From positions 1-64,000 of IMG/VR virus record IMGVR_UViG_3300030846_000100: 64,000 bases of DNA; one strand, written 5' to 3'. The position numbers were made by a program, and so were the translations under genes. This document shows, piece by piece, positions 19,377-29,335 of the stretch. The DNA comes from a virus. Lineage: Duplodnaviria > Caudoviricetes. The notes beneath the pieces are model-generated. The model ran no database searches. It was not told where the DNA came from and saw only the letters and a list, made by a program, of their open reading frames with translations. How positions within the stretch are numbered: position 1 is the first letter of the stretch; each line of letters begins with the position of its first letter.

Positions 19377-20088
19377 TGTAAACCTCAAAATAATAATTGT
19401 GGTGTAAACTTTGTCGTCTAATTGCTCGTGAAACACCATGTCGATTCAAAAAAGTTAGGATTCGTAATAACTCATCCATGTTTTCAAAAATTTGTAAAAT
19501 TTTTCTTTGTGAAGATTTTTGAACGATAGAAAATTTCTTCTTGTTCCAAGATTCAATGCCCGAACGATTTCGAGAAATTAATGTTCTTGTTTCAAGACTG
19601 TGTTTTTTACCAAAAAAGTTGTTCAAAAAACCGTAGCGTTTGATTCGTGTTTTTGCATCAAGTTTATGACATTTCAATTTCATTCCTTGACGATGAGGTA
19701 ATTGATAATGTTTACCCCGATTCCAGGGAATCTTTCCTAAACGAGAATCTGACATTCTTTTTTTTGTTTCTTTACAAAATTTAAATTGGCCCCCGCCCGT
19801 CGTCAAATTCAATCCCTTTTCTGATTCAAATGTTTGATAAAAAGCGATATAGTATTGTTCTCTGTCGTTTAATGTAGTTAAATCAAAAATTTCATCCTGA
19901 ATTATTGTGAACAAAGGAAACAAATTATCGCATTCAGATTTTTTTTTTCTTAAAAAATTGATAACTTTCGTTTTGCCACCGTTACGAATAGAGGATTCAT
20001 AAGCACGAATACGTTGTTCAAGAGTTCGCTTAGTTTGACCAACATAGACAATTTGTTCTTGAATTTTAATACCGTAGATTAACATCAA
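19369..20088 (-). mobile_element. Free-standing GIY-YIG homing endonuclease with NUMOD3 motifs, between nrdB and nrdA
   Basis: IYGI...YVGQT...R, E..YI, GLN.T.GG, FFGKKHS.ETR. Confidence 0.88.
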
Positions 20089-21068
20089 TCATCCCACACA
20101 TTTGAGAAATCAATCGTTCCCTTGCTGTATGAATCAACGCGAGATGCAAAAAAGTCTGAATGGGAAACGCCAGCACTGAGAACATCGAACCACGACATGC
20201 GGTCAAGTGCCTCCTTGTCAATTCGTTTCCATAACTTTTTTAGGCCGAGATCGTTTAACTTCGTGTTCGTACGAAAACGGATGAAATTTTTCATATCGCT
20301 TGCATTGATACCTTCAACGTCACCGAACTCGAACGCTTTGTCAATGAAATTATCTTCGAGTTCAACAGTTAAACGTGCCGCATCGTACAATTCTTCTTTC
20401 AATTCGTCCGTCATTAGATCGGGATTTTCAGACACGAGCGTGTTAAACAACCAAATTCCGGCCTCGGAATGTAAACTTTCATCCTTGATAGAAAATGCGA
20501 TGATTTGACCCACACCCTTCATTTTATTGAAACGTGAAAAATTCAACAGGATTGCAAAACTTGAAAAAAGCGAGACTCCTTCGTTGAAAGCTGAAAATAT
20601 CGCGAGACTTTTTGCAATGTCTACCTTCGATTTTCCTTTGACGTTGATCAATCGATCAATTTTCGCTTTTGCGGTCGGTTCATGCAAAAATGCATCAAAA
20701 TCTTCCAATCCAAGTGATTGGTTCAAATATGCATAGGAAACAGCGTGGACTGATTCCATGTTCGCAAAACATGCAGACATCATTTGGATCTCGGGGTGTT
20801 TAAACCAGCGTAGTACTTTCGCTGCCCAGTAATCTTGAATGAATACTTCGCTTTGTACGAAACCTTTTAGAACATGTCCAACAACGTTACGTTCCGTGTC
20901 GTTTAAGATCATTTTGAAATCATTGATATCACTGGCCATTGAAATTTCTTTATGAATCCAGTGTGAACTTTGTTGTTTTTCCCAAAATTCATACGCTTTT
21001 TCATAAACAAAGGGTGCGTATGTTTGACGTGCAATAGTGATGCTCATGAGTCTAATACCTATGTCCAA
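20085..21068 (-). CDS. nrdB: Ribonucleotide reductase class Ia beta subunit
   Basis: SE....DYW, ESVHAVSY, EGVSLFSSF, DESLH, DFF. Confidence 0.97.
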   Translation of the reverse strand: MDIGIRLMSITIARQTYAPFVYEKAYEFWEKQQSSHWIHKEISMASDINDFKMILNDTERNVVGHVLKGFVQSEVFIQDYWAAKVLRWFKHPEIQMMSACFANMESVHAVSYAYLNQSLGLEDFDAFLHEPTAKAKIDRLINVKGKSKVDIAKSLAIFSAFNEGVSLFSSFAILLNFSRFNKMKGVGQIIAFSIKDESLHSEAGIWLFNTLVSENPDLMTDELKEELYDAARLTVELEDNFIDKAFEFGDVEGINASDMKNFIRFRTNTKLNDLGLKKLWKRIDKEALDRMSWFDVLSAGVSHSDFFASRVDSYSKGTIDFSNVWDD

Positions 21069-21121
21069 AAGGTAACGAATTCAATCATTTTGTGAACAAT
21101 GAAGCCGTTACACTTGAACTA

Positions 21122-22543
21122 TTACCCTTGATCTTTTTTCACAAGATTCGAGTTTTTAAGTTCATTCCAGCGTGATTTCAAATGATCTTTCATCTTTTCT
21201 TTATCATCACCAATGAACTCTTGCATGTCGGATGGACCGGAGGTGATGGTGAACTGGCTACGAGCGGTGTTGATGTTGATGGGATACAAGATTCCATCCT
21301 TGCCAGCTCGATTCTTTGCAATGTACAAGCGGCCCTGACCGTTCGCTTTCTCGTAAGACTTTCTGGAGATTGACACGATGAAATCAGCGACCATCGCCTT
21401 ACCGTATGCTTCTGACATGTTTGACATGTCAACGACATCGCTGTTAGCACCGTCCTTGTTCGACTGACTCGCGGTCCAAACAACGACGTTCATCTCCATC
21501 GCGAATGCTCTTAGCTCTTCGTATGCAAGTTTCAATTCATGTCTTAGGGAATCGAACTTACGTGTTGAACGCATGATGTCAGCGTAATCGATGATCACCA
21601 TCGCCGGTCGAATGTTCTTTTGGATCACCAACCTTTCGAGGTGGCTCTTTAACGTGTAGATTGTGGGCATGTTCGGCGGATACGATTTGATCACTAGCTT
21701 GCCAAGCGTCGTATCCTTCAACCTCGATGTCACCTTTTCCTTGTTGTCAATGATCTCGTTCGAATCGATGTCACAGAGGTACGAATCGTAACGAGTACCG
21801 ACAGCGGTCTCAGAAAGTTCGAGAGTGTAGTGGACAACATCGAAGCCTTGCTTCAGTGCGTTCGCACCCAATGCGACCAACAAATGTGACTTACCCACGC
21901 CAGTATTGGCAAGCACAACATTGAGTTCACCCTTTCCAGCCCCACCCTGGAGGATCTCCTTCTTGTCAAGCTCTGAGAGACCCGTGGGTATCACTTCACG
22001 CTTGGTTGTAATGAACCTTGCTTCAACGTCCTCGAAAAAATCATGACCGACGCTCGGTGCCGTACCAACCATCACAGCCTTCTTGATGATCTCAACGATC
22101 TGTTCGTAGTTACCGTCGTTCGATGCGATGCAATCGACCGCCTGCCCCATCGCGAACTTCAGAGCTTGTTTTCTGCAAAAATCAAGGCTTTTTTCCTTGA
22201 TGAACTCGATGTCACCAGGGTTGGGATTGGCTTTCATCTTGACGAGGTAGGAAACGACCTGTTCCTTCAACATCAAATCGCTGCCTTTCTTGAGTTCATC
22301 ACCAATGATCGTCACAAGCATTTGAATGCTGGGAAATGACTTGTACTTCTTCCAGAACTCGAAATACCTCGATGCCAAAAATTGCAGGTATTTTTGATCA
22401 AAATAAGCAGGATCGAACACTTCGAGAATCTGCTCAGCCCAGACCTTGTCAACCATGAGAGCCTGAACGCAACCCTCTTGAAAAGCCTTACCGTATTGTC
22501 CTAGTGAGTTGGTAGTATCTGTCATTTTCTTAAGATTTTCCAC
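21122..22543 (-). CDS. dnaB: Replicative DNA helicase (DnaB/T4 gp41-like)
   Basis: ANTGVGKS Walker A, TLELSE, IIDYAD, WTASQ, SEAYGK...ADF, KNRAG. Confidence 0.93.
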   Translation of the reverse strand: MENLKKMTDTTNSLGQYGKAFQEGCVQALMVDKVWAEQILEVFDPAYFDQKYLQFLASRYFEFWKKYKSFPSIQMLVTIIGDELKKGSDLMLKEQVVSYLVKMKANPNPGDIEFIKEKSLDFCRKQALKFAMGQAVDCIASNDGNYEQIVEIIKKAVMVGTAPSVGHDFFEDVEARFITTKREVIPTGLSELDKKEILQGGAGKGELNVVLANTGVGKSHLLVALGANALKQGFDVVHYTLELSETAVGTRYDSYLCDIDSNEIIDNKEKVTSRLKDTTLGKLVIKSYPPNMPTIYTLKSHLERLVIQKNIRPAMVIIDYADIMRSTRKFDSLRHELKLAYEELRAFAMEMNVVVWTASQSNKDGANSDVVDMSNMSEAYGKAMVADFIVSISRKSYEKANGQGRLYIAKNRAGKDGILYPININTARSQFTITSGPSDMQEFIGDDKEKMKDHLKSRWNELKNSNLVKKDQG

Positions 22544-22740
22544 TGAAATTCGACATCATTGGTCATCAATTGCATGTCATTTACCTTGAGAATTTTCGGT
22601 AATGGTCCAAGACAATCTTTTCCCGAATTGAGAATGATCATTTGTTTAGAGTTTATTCCGACTACAAGTACGAGCCGTCCAGTTGTGTTGGGGGAAATTC
22701 CGACCAAACAATCGTTCGGTCGAAGTTCATTGAACTTCAT
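22522..22740 (-). CDS. Small hypothetical protein (L.PxD family)
   Basis: NELRPNDCLV...LVLVVGI. Confidence 0.55.
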   Translation of the reverse strand: MKFNELRPNDCLVGISPNTTGRLVLVVGINSKQMIILNSGKDCLGPLPKILKVNDMQLMTNDVEFQWKILRK

Positions 22741-23693
22741 TTCGTCCTTTGAATACCGTTGAATCCATAAAGCAACTCGTTCACATTGATGTCGTTCAAG
22801 CCCTCGTTGATGAGGAGCTTGGCGAGTGACATCTTATCCACCTTCGGCGTCCAGGTTTCAATCACTCGATCAATTCTTTCGGCTTGATTCGGTGCGATCA
22901 TGTTACCGTTCAGGAACACGAGTTGCCAGTTTCGACGTGCATCGTTCTCGAAGTCAAGAACCCTTTTGAAGTTCTTGTTTTCAGCGATATGCGTTCTGCA
23001 ATAGTTGAAGATGTCATCAAGAGACACGTCCTGTTCGAGCCCCAGCAACGGAAAATGCTTGATAAGCGTCTTGAATCCCATTCTCTCAAGACCGGGAACG
23101 TTATCACCTTCATCACCGCACAACGCCTTAGCGACGGCAAAGTTATTTGCTGAGATCCTGAATTGCTTAATGACCTCTGATTTATCGATCGTACGTTTCG
23201 TGTAAAGGTTGTAGATCTTCGTGTTGTCGTTCAAGAGTTGGTAAAAATCCTTGTCACTTGAAACGATGATCTTGTTCTCGTTCTTTAGATGCCTTTCGCA
23301 AAGGTACGCGATGAGATCATCAGCTTCAGCATTCTCAGCGTAAAGTTGACAAACCGGAAAGTACTTTAGAGCCTGTAACAACAGGAACGTTTGCTTTTGG
23401 ATGTTATCATCAGTCGTTGGGATGTCATCTTCGTAGAAACGATTCAATTTTTGAGGCTTACGCTTCAGCTTGTATTCGGGGAAGAGTTGACGTCGTCTTG
23501 AGCTCCCGCCACCTTCCCAAGCCATGTAGACGCTTTTCGCACCCGTCTCACCGATGATTCGTTTCAGAGACTTGAGAGTTCCAATGAATCCTCCCATTGG
23601 ATCACCATTTGAACTGATCTGAGGATAGGCGGCAATGTTTCTTAAGAAGATATTTGCGACATCTACCAAAAGTACGGGTCGAGTTGTATTCAT
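22737..23693 (-). CDS. 5'-3' exonuclease/flap endonuclease (T4 RNase H or PolI N-terminal type)
   Basis: LLVDVAN, WEG, YKLKR, EADD, SSDKDFYQL, GDEGDNVPG. Confidence 0.92.
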   Translation of the reverse strand: MNTTRPVLLVDVANIFLRNIAAYPQISSNGDPMGGFIGTLKSLKRIIGETGAKSVYMAWEGGGSSRRRQLFPEYKLKRKPQKLNRFYEDDIPTTDDNIQKQTFLLLQALKYFPVCQLYAENAEADDLIAYLCERHLKNENKIIVSSDKDFYQLLNDNTKIYNLYTKRTIDKSEVIKQFRISANNFAVAKALCGDEGDNVPGLERMGFKTLIKHFPLLGLEQDVSLDDIFNYCRTHIAENKNFKRVLDFENDARRNWQLVFLNGNMIAPNQAERIDRVIETWTPKVDKMSLAKLLINEGLNDINVNELLYGFNGIQRTK

Positions 23694-23962
23694 GAGGTGA
23701 ACCAATTTTGATGAACGGGATGCAATGATGCACACGGAACCCATCTCACGCTACCTTTACACAAGGTGATGTAACCAAATGTTTTATGTTGATTTGTGGC
23801 GGATCCCAGCAAAATATGTAACGACCGTGAAGGAATTGAAAATCCAAAATTCCCCATTACAGTTTCAATCTTCCCATCACCCCTGTCGATGAAATTCCAT
23901 GCATACTTCATTTCATACATGTTGTACGCAAGACGGTTCATTTTTTTATTGAAGTAAATCAC
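23690..23962 (-). CDS. Hypothetical protein
   Basis: 90 aa; ATGA overlaps on both sides. Confidence 0.55.
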   Translation of the reverse strand: MIYFNKKMNRLAYNMYEMKYAWNFIDRGDGKIETVMGNFGFSIPSRSLHILLGSATNQHKTFGYITLCKGSVRWVPCASLHPVHQNWFTS

Positions 23963-24609
23963 TGACCCGTCGATCCAAATCCACCAGATCCTCTCAACGA
24001 ATCGTTCAATTCAGGTACTTCCGTGAAAATTGCACGTGTGACGGGTGCGATCACCATTTGAGCGATGCGTTCTCCGGCATCGAATTCCAATTGCGTGTCG
24101 CTTGTGTTGTGTAGGATCACGCACATTTCGCCGCGAAAATCTTCATCGACCGTGCCAGGGCTGTTCTGAACCACGACACCGTGCTTCAATGCAAGTCCCG
24201 ATCTCGATCTGACCTGAGCTTCGTGATTTGGGGGGAGCTCGATTGCGAATCCCAATTTCACCAACAACGTTGAATGTGCGGGTAACCTAAAATCGTACGG
24301 CGTCGATAGATCGCAACCCGCTGATCCTGGTGTCGAGTACGTTGGAATCGTTGCGTTCTCGTTCAATCGCTTGAACTTAATGTTGACAGGCAATTTTACT
24401 TCGTATGTTGGATACAAGAGTTGCATCGAATAAGGCCCATTGGGATCACTTTCAAGTGGCCAAGTTACTGAATTCTTCACGGTGGTGTCTTGAATGTGCT
24501 TGTGAATGACGTCAATTTGTTCATCAATTTTATGGAATGACGGAGGTTCTTGTAGAACTTCAATTGCAGTTCTGTTACCTGTGAATAGTTCACTGAATTT
24601 CTTTTTCAT
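23959..24609 (-). CDS. dut: Trimeric dUTPase with ~70 aa N-terminal extension
   Basis: SAGCDL, RSRSGLA, PGTVDEDFRGE, RIAQMV, RGSGGFGSTG. Confidence 0.96.
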   Translation of the reverse strand: MKKKFSELFTGNRTAIEVLQEPPSFHKIDEQIDVIHKHIQDTTVKNSVTWPLESDPNGPYSMQLLYPTYEVKLPVNIKFKRLNENATIPTYSTPGSAGCDLSTPYDFRLPAHSTLLVKLGFAIELPPNHEAQVRSRSGLALKHGVVVQNSPGTVDEDFRGEMCVILHNTSDTQLEFDAGERIAQMVIAPVTRAIFTEVPELNDSLRGSGGFGSTGQ

Positions 24610-24809
24610 TTCTTACATTCTTTCCAATTGGTACAAACATTCTTCCACATAGCACAAGCTGGCCCGCCCATCGGGTCGACCGTGCGTCTCAATTGCCCGT
24701 ATCGCCCACAATCTTCGCATCGACCGACCATCGATGCTCGATCACGTTCGAGGATGTAACCAAAAGGCCACAGTAGGTAGTCCCAGATTTTCTTAAACAT
24801 CGTTCTCAT
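24606..24809 (-). CDS. Small CxxC protein
   Basis: Starts MRTMFKK inside the 14-bp repeat; CEDCG and CxxW. Confidence 0.55.
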   Translation of the reverse strand: MRTMFKKIWDYLLWPFGYILERDRASMVGRCEDCGRYGQLRRTVDPMGGPACAMWKNVCTNWKECKK

Positions 24810-25101
24810 CACATTTTCCACCAATACAGAAATCGTAATCAGGATGACCTCTTTTACCACGAGGGTTAGTTTTATGCCATTCACAAATGTTGCTAGTATC
24901 TTTATAGATGTTTTTAAAATCGGTCCAGATAATCTGTACGAATCTCATCATGCAGATGGTGAGTGCAACAATCATTACCAATAATAAACTCGCACCCATG
25001 TACAATGATTTCAGTAATAGTGCGGCAATACCAGATACAAACATGCTACAACCTGACAAGATGAACGTCTTATCGTGCATTAATTTACACATCGTTCTCA
25101 T
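24793..25101 (-). CDS. Small membrane protein flanked by 14-bp direct repeats
   Basis: Two hydrophobic helices; starts MRTMCK and ends DENDV*. Confidence 0.6.
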   Translation of the reverse strand: MRTMCKLMHDKTFILSGCSMFVSGIAALLLKSLYMGASLLLVMIVALTICMMRFVQIIWTDFKNIYKDTSNICEWHKTNPRGKRGHPDYDFCIGGKCDENDV

Positions 25102-25102
25102 C
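24797..25102. repeat. 14-bp direct repeat acatcgttctcatc at 24797-24810 and 25089-25102
   Basis: Exact copies at two consecutive gene junctions. Confidence 0.9.
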
Positions 25103-26260
25103 TTCTGAAGAAACGGGTGAAGAACCATCGAGCTTTGTTACGAGCACTTCATCGATCATTTCAAGCACGTGTTCACGGTATTCGGGATCATTCAATACCT
25201 TTTCAGCAAACGCTGCTTTGTAGAACTTGATGTCCTTGATCACAGTTCCCGACGCATCCACTACCTTGAACGTCTTCCATGCCCCACCCCCGTCAATGGA
25301 GTACTTCGTTCCATTCCTTTCGACGTGACCCCCAGATGCCTTCGTGGCATCGAATAAGGTATCATACAACGCTTCGTTCTCGTTCAAACCACGACCGAAC
25401 AGGATTTCCAGAGACATCTTCTTGAAAGGCGGGCCGACCTTGTTCTTCTTGATCGTAATGTTGACCTTGCTTCCAACGACGTTGTTCGAAGCATCCTTGA
25501 GTGGGGTACCACCAGTCAGTGCAATTCGAACCGAAGCAGCGAACGGAATCGCCTTCCCACCCGGCACGGTCGTCGGATCGTTGTACGGACCAGCGTTGAT
25601 GTTCGTACGAGTTTGATTGAGGCACAGGAAGATGACGTTGTTTCGACCGATCACACCGGTGATCTTTCGCATTCCCTTTGAGATCACACGAGCCTGCAAA
25701 CCCATTGTTTGTTGTTCGTACGTTCCTTCGAGTTCCATTTTTGGAGATGTTTGAGCAACGGAGTCCCAAACGATGAGGATGGGAACGTCCTTGATCATCT
25801 CCTTCGCTTTCATGATCGTAGATTCAGCGATCTGGAATACCTCCTCAGTTTCGTGAGTGTCGATATATACGAAGCGTTTACTGACATCGATACCCATGGC
25901 ACCCAGTTTCTCTACCGGGACTGCGTTTTCGGTGTCGATGTAGACAACGACACCACCTCGTTCTTGGACTGACCTGGCGATAGCAAAGGCCAAATGAGAT
26001 TTTCCCGTCGAAGGTTCTCCATAAATTTCTATCACTCTGCCTTCGGGGATGCCACCATTTTTACGATTAGCAATGGCGTAATCAAGCAGTATTGACCGAG
26101 TAGAAATCCACCTCTTAACGTGAGTCGGTGAGTCAGTGGTCGCAAGGTTGTATGCAACCTTCGTCTGAAATTCCTTGTTCAGTGATTTAATGAGCTCTTC
26201 GCTAAAATCAAGTCCTTCAACGTCTGAAGGGAGTTCTGACTCTTCTTTTCTTTTTGCCAT
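25085..26260 (-). CDS. recA: RecA/UvsX-type recombinase
   Basis: GIPEGRVIEIYGEPSTGKS, YIDTENA, VWDSVA, QARVISKGMRK, NQTR, GGKA.PF.AS.R, KKNKVGPPFK. Confidence 0.97.
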   Translation of the reverse strand: MAKRKEESELPSDVEGLDFSEELIKSLNKEFQTKVAYNLATTDSPTHVKRWISTRSILLDYAIANRKNGGIPEGRVIEIYGEPSTGKSHLAFAIARSVQERGGVVVYIDTENAVPVEKLGAMGIDVSKRFVYIDTHETEEVFQIAESTIMKAKEMIKDVPILIVWDSVAQTSPKMELEGTYEQQTMGLQARVISKGMRKITGVIGRNNVIFLCLNQTRTNINAGPYNDPTTVPGGKAIPFAASVRIALTGGTPLKDASNNVVGSKVNITIKKNKVGPPFKKMSLEILFGRGLNENEALYDTLFDATKASGGHVERNGTKYSIDGGGAWKTFKVVDASGTVIKDIKFYKAAFAEKVLNDPEYREHVLEMIDEVLVTKLDGSSPVSSEDENDV

Positions 26261-27135
26261 TCCTTGAATTCCTTATCTGTGATTCTAACCAATTGCTTGT
26301 TGTTTGTTTTAAACCAAGCATTCTGTTGAAGATCTCGTTTAAACGTTCCTTCAATCAGTACATCTCTTGGGTTTTTGAACAATCGAATTTCTTCAATCGG
26401 TCTGTCTAATCCATGCCAATAAATGCCATCGAATTGAACGTACATGTCAATGTCCTTGATGTAAAAATCTATCGCCCAACCATTCATTATCACCTGTCGA
26501 TCAATATTTTGAAACTCTTCAACAAGAATCGTAAAAAACGTGTCTTCGATCTTTGATCTTTCATACGATCCATTCAATTTACGAGTTTGATGTTCTCGAG
26601 TTTTTGCAAGTTTCCAATCGTACTTTGATTTGATTTCGGGGCTATGCATCGGTGATTCAACGCCATGGTTTTTCATCAATGTTTCACGACATTTAAGTTT
26701 AATCGAACTTGAAGCGAAAGGATTTTCAGCACCGTATCGTTTGATACAAGTTTGTTTTGCTTTGTTTCTAGATTTTTCAGAAATAGATGCTTGTATACCG
26801 CGTTCATGTACATCATGAAGCTTAAAAACGTTATCAACTCCAAAACGCTCTAAGCAAGTTTTCTTGCCTTTTTGTTTAACGTTATCATTTTGTGAGGATA
26901 CTTCACAACCATACAATTTCATGTTCGTAGCACGACGATTTACATTAGCACGATTCCTGCAACAATGACCATCAAATACGTACTTGGGATTTGAGTCAAA
27001 TTCTCCGAAATCTTTATCAATGAATTTTGCCGGAGACGTTACGAACGTATACGATTCATCAATCATCGTAATTGTGTCACCATGAATATCACGAATTCGT
27101 CGTTTAACTTCTTCTAGTGATACTCGTTTCGTCAT
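26179..27135 (-). mobile_element. Free-standing Vsr-like/PD-(D/E)xK homing endonuclease with CxxxYG repeats
   Basis: Repeats such as TCLERFGVDN and TCIKRYGAEN; C-terminal IDFYI...QFDGIYWHG; overlaps the recA start by 82 nt. Confidence 0.75.
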
Positions 27136-27194
27136 TAGTCATTCGTTTGTCGTTTGCAGTATTTGTTGCTCGATCAATTCTTCAACGAGTTTCA

Positions 27195-27885
27195 TTACTT
27201 CTTGAAGGGATTACGACGAACAAAAAATTCTTCAGCGGCCTTCATGATATGACCTGAAACCATGTGAAAATGTTTGTTGTTTAACGCGTCGTTGTTCTTT
27301 TTCAAATCATTGATATCTGGGCCAGCATTCGCTTTGAAGCGGTAAGCCTGATTAAGCTCGGGGAGATCATGAGATTTTACGCCACCCGTTAACGTGACGC
27401 TTCTCATCTTTTTAAGTGGAATATGTTCAACATCGTCTCGTTCGTAATACTTTGAAAACATCTTGGTTGCATCATTTGAAACAAGATCTCGATCAGGCAT
27501 CAGCCCCATTTGCCCCGTTAGTTTCATAGCAACATCCCAAATGAACGGACCCCACCCCTTTATCGCCGCCATCCACAATGCTTCGTAATGTTCACCATTC
27601 AACTCAGCATACAAAACACCAATGATATGTTTTTGCATCATGTCTATGACTAATCATGTCTATGACTAGAGGTCGATTTTTGTCCACTAAGGAAGATGAA
27701 CCGTTTGACATTTGAATCGCTTTTTCTATGTCGTCATCAACACCCTTCGTGTTGTACAAAATTACGTGTATTTTCTTAGGTGAAGAAAATGAATACAATG
27801 CAAGATTTTGTTGAACTGCGTTACCAGAATCAAAAGCCGCCTCTTGAATCAATGAACGAATAAATTTTCGTAACACATTCATCAT
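27195..27885 (-). pseudogene. GNAT-like paralog (family A) frameshifted by a 16-bp tandem duplication
   Basis: ORFs 27604-27885 and 27195-27641 join into one 224-aa frame if one repeat copy is removed; leader LRKFIRSLIQE; KGWGPFIWDVAM..LMPDR..VS matches the paralogs. Confidence 0.85.
27637..27668. repeat. Exact 16-bp tandem duplication (atcatgtctatgacta x2)
   Basis: Read directly from the sequence. Confidence 0.95.
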
Positions 27886-27886
27886 A

Positions 27887-28066
27887 TTATTTTGAAACGT
27901 AAACTGCGATAATTTTCTTGTTGAACGTGTGTTCCTTGAACATGTGTTCTTCGTAACAATACCACGTGCAGGTGTATCTGATGGATTCACCTTTTTGTGA
28001 TGATTTTTCATCGACGACCATCACGGGCCCGCCACCCTTCAATTTTACCAGATCACCGATTTTCAT
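27887..28066 (-). CDS. DUF2158/YodC-like small protein (below the ORF-track cutoff)
   Basis: MKIGDLVKLKGGGPVMVV...CTWY...F, 59 aa, translated by hand. Confidence 0.75.
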   Translation of the reverse strand: MKIGDLVKLKGGGPVMVVDEKSSQKGESIRYTCTWYCYEEHMFKEHTFNKKIIAVYVSK

Positions 28067-28403
28067 TTGAAATTCCCACGTTGTTCAAGCATCCCATTTC
28101 ACGGTCAAGTTCAGCTTGCAGGAACTTGATTCTAGCTCTCCTGACCTCGTCAATCTTGTGATTAGGAAGGAATCCGACAGATACGAGGTATTCATGAACT
28201 TCAGGTTCGTTACAAGCGTACTTATGAAGCAAAACAATCGCCCTGTAACGTTCGCTGTCGTTCTTGTTAACTCGTTTGCATGTTTCAGAACGTTCATCTG
28301 GAACGAGATGCAATGTGGGAGGATCCTGCAAAACTTCCACCGCGGTTCGTTCACCAACGTTCAAATTGATCCAATGCATGCTGTCGGATTCCGTTCCCAT
28401 CAT
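28053..28403 (-). CDS. Hypothetical protein sharing a 16-aa module with the dUTPase N-terminus
   Basis: GERTAVEVLQDPPTLH. Confidence 0.65.
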   Translation of the reverse strand: MMGTESDSMHWINLNVGERTAVEVLQDPPTLHLVPDERSETCKRVNKNDSERYRAIVLLHKYACNEPEVHEYLVSVGFLPNHKIDEVRRARIKFLQAELDREMGCLNNVGISNENR

Positions 28404-28405
28404 TC

Positions 28406-29335
28406 TCAGCTTTCCATCAGATCTTTGAACGCTGCGTCAAGATCATCCGTCGCTGGGGAATCCTCATCATCAACGACAACGGGTTCCTTCTTCGCCGCCT
28501 TCGCTACAGCAACCGGCTTCTCAACCTTCTTCGCAGCGGATTTCTTTTCTTCCTTCACTTCAGCGACGAGATCATCGAGCTCATCGAGTGAACTCTTTGA
28601 TTCAACGGCCTCCTTGACGGTTCCGACTGAAGGTGTTGCCGCAGCCTGTCCTGCCGTTCCAAGCCATGCATCCAGATCCTTCGAAATGAGGTCATAATCC
28701 TTCACCTGCCAAACCTTAGATAGGTCTGGAATTGAAGCAAGGATCGTCTTGACCTTTTCCGGATCGGAATTCAAAGGACATCGACCGTCCAACGCTGCAA
28801 GTTCGATGCTAACGTCAAGGAATTCCTTGTTCTTCACTTGGGTGACCTTCACATCGAGGTTGAACCCATTAAAGGGATCGAAGTAATCACCAACCTTCTC
28901 GTTCATGAAGTACCCGAGTAGCTTCTGGTAGATTCCAGATCCGAACGAGTAAACCAACACCTTTTCGGGGTCAGCATCATGACCCTCGAGAACTACGATC
29001 GGAGCATAGGAACGCATCTTCGGAAAGAGCTTCTTTGCTTGTTCCTTGTCACGAGGCGTGCCGCTTGAAAACAACTTCATGCGAAGTTCCTTGATCGGAT
29101 CAGGATTACCGAATTGATCGGGAGCAAGAAGGGCGGAACGACCAATTCCATAATAAAACCAGCGTTCTTCAAAAACTTCCCCCTCTTTGCAAACCCCGTC
29201 GGGCCAATGCATGCATCGAATCTTGTACTCACCAACAGCCGGTTTCCAAAACTGAATGTTCGAACTATTCTCTCGTTTGTTGTCACCATTCAGTTGAGCG
29301 ATCTTCGCCTTAATTGCCGCTAGATTAATTCCCAT
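28406..29335 (-). CDS. Single-stranded DNA-binding protein (T4 gp32-like)
   Basis: FWKP..G.Y.IR, PDPI, R.Y..I, YSFG..IY, D..D...G; acidic C-terminal tail. Confidence 0.85.
   Translation of the reverse strand: MGINLAAIKAKIAQLNGDNKRENSSNIQFWKPAVGEYKIRCMHWPDGVCKEGEVFEERWFYYGIGRSALLAPDQFGNPDPIKELRMKLFSSGTPRDKEQAKKLFPKMRSYAPIVVLEGHDADPEKVLVYSFGSGIYQKLLGYFMNEKVGDYFDPFNGFNLDVKVTQVKNKEFLDVSIELAALDGRCPLNSDPEKVKTILASIPDLSKVWQVKDYDLISKDLDAWLGTAGQAAATPSVGTVKEAVESKSSLDELDDLVAEVKEEKKSAAKKVEKPVAVAKAAKKEPVVVDDEDSPATDDLDAAFKDLMES

Noticed and set aside
17679-26260. Inteins or introns in nrdA, nrdB, helicase or recA
   Set aside because: All have normal lengths and continuous motifs; no splice-junction residues or embedded endonuclease domains were seen.
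28116-28697. 193-aa plus-strand ORF, and similar antisense ORFs at 46680, 49090 and 57698
   Set aside because: Shadow frames opposite recognisable genes or in GC-rich DNA, with low-complexity translations.
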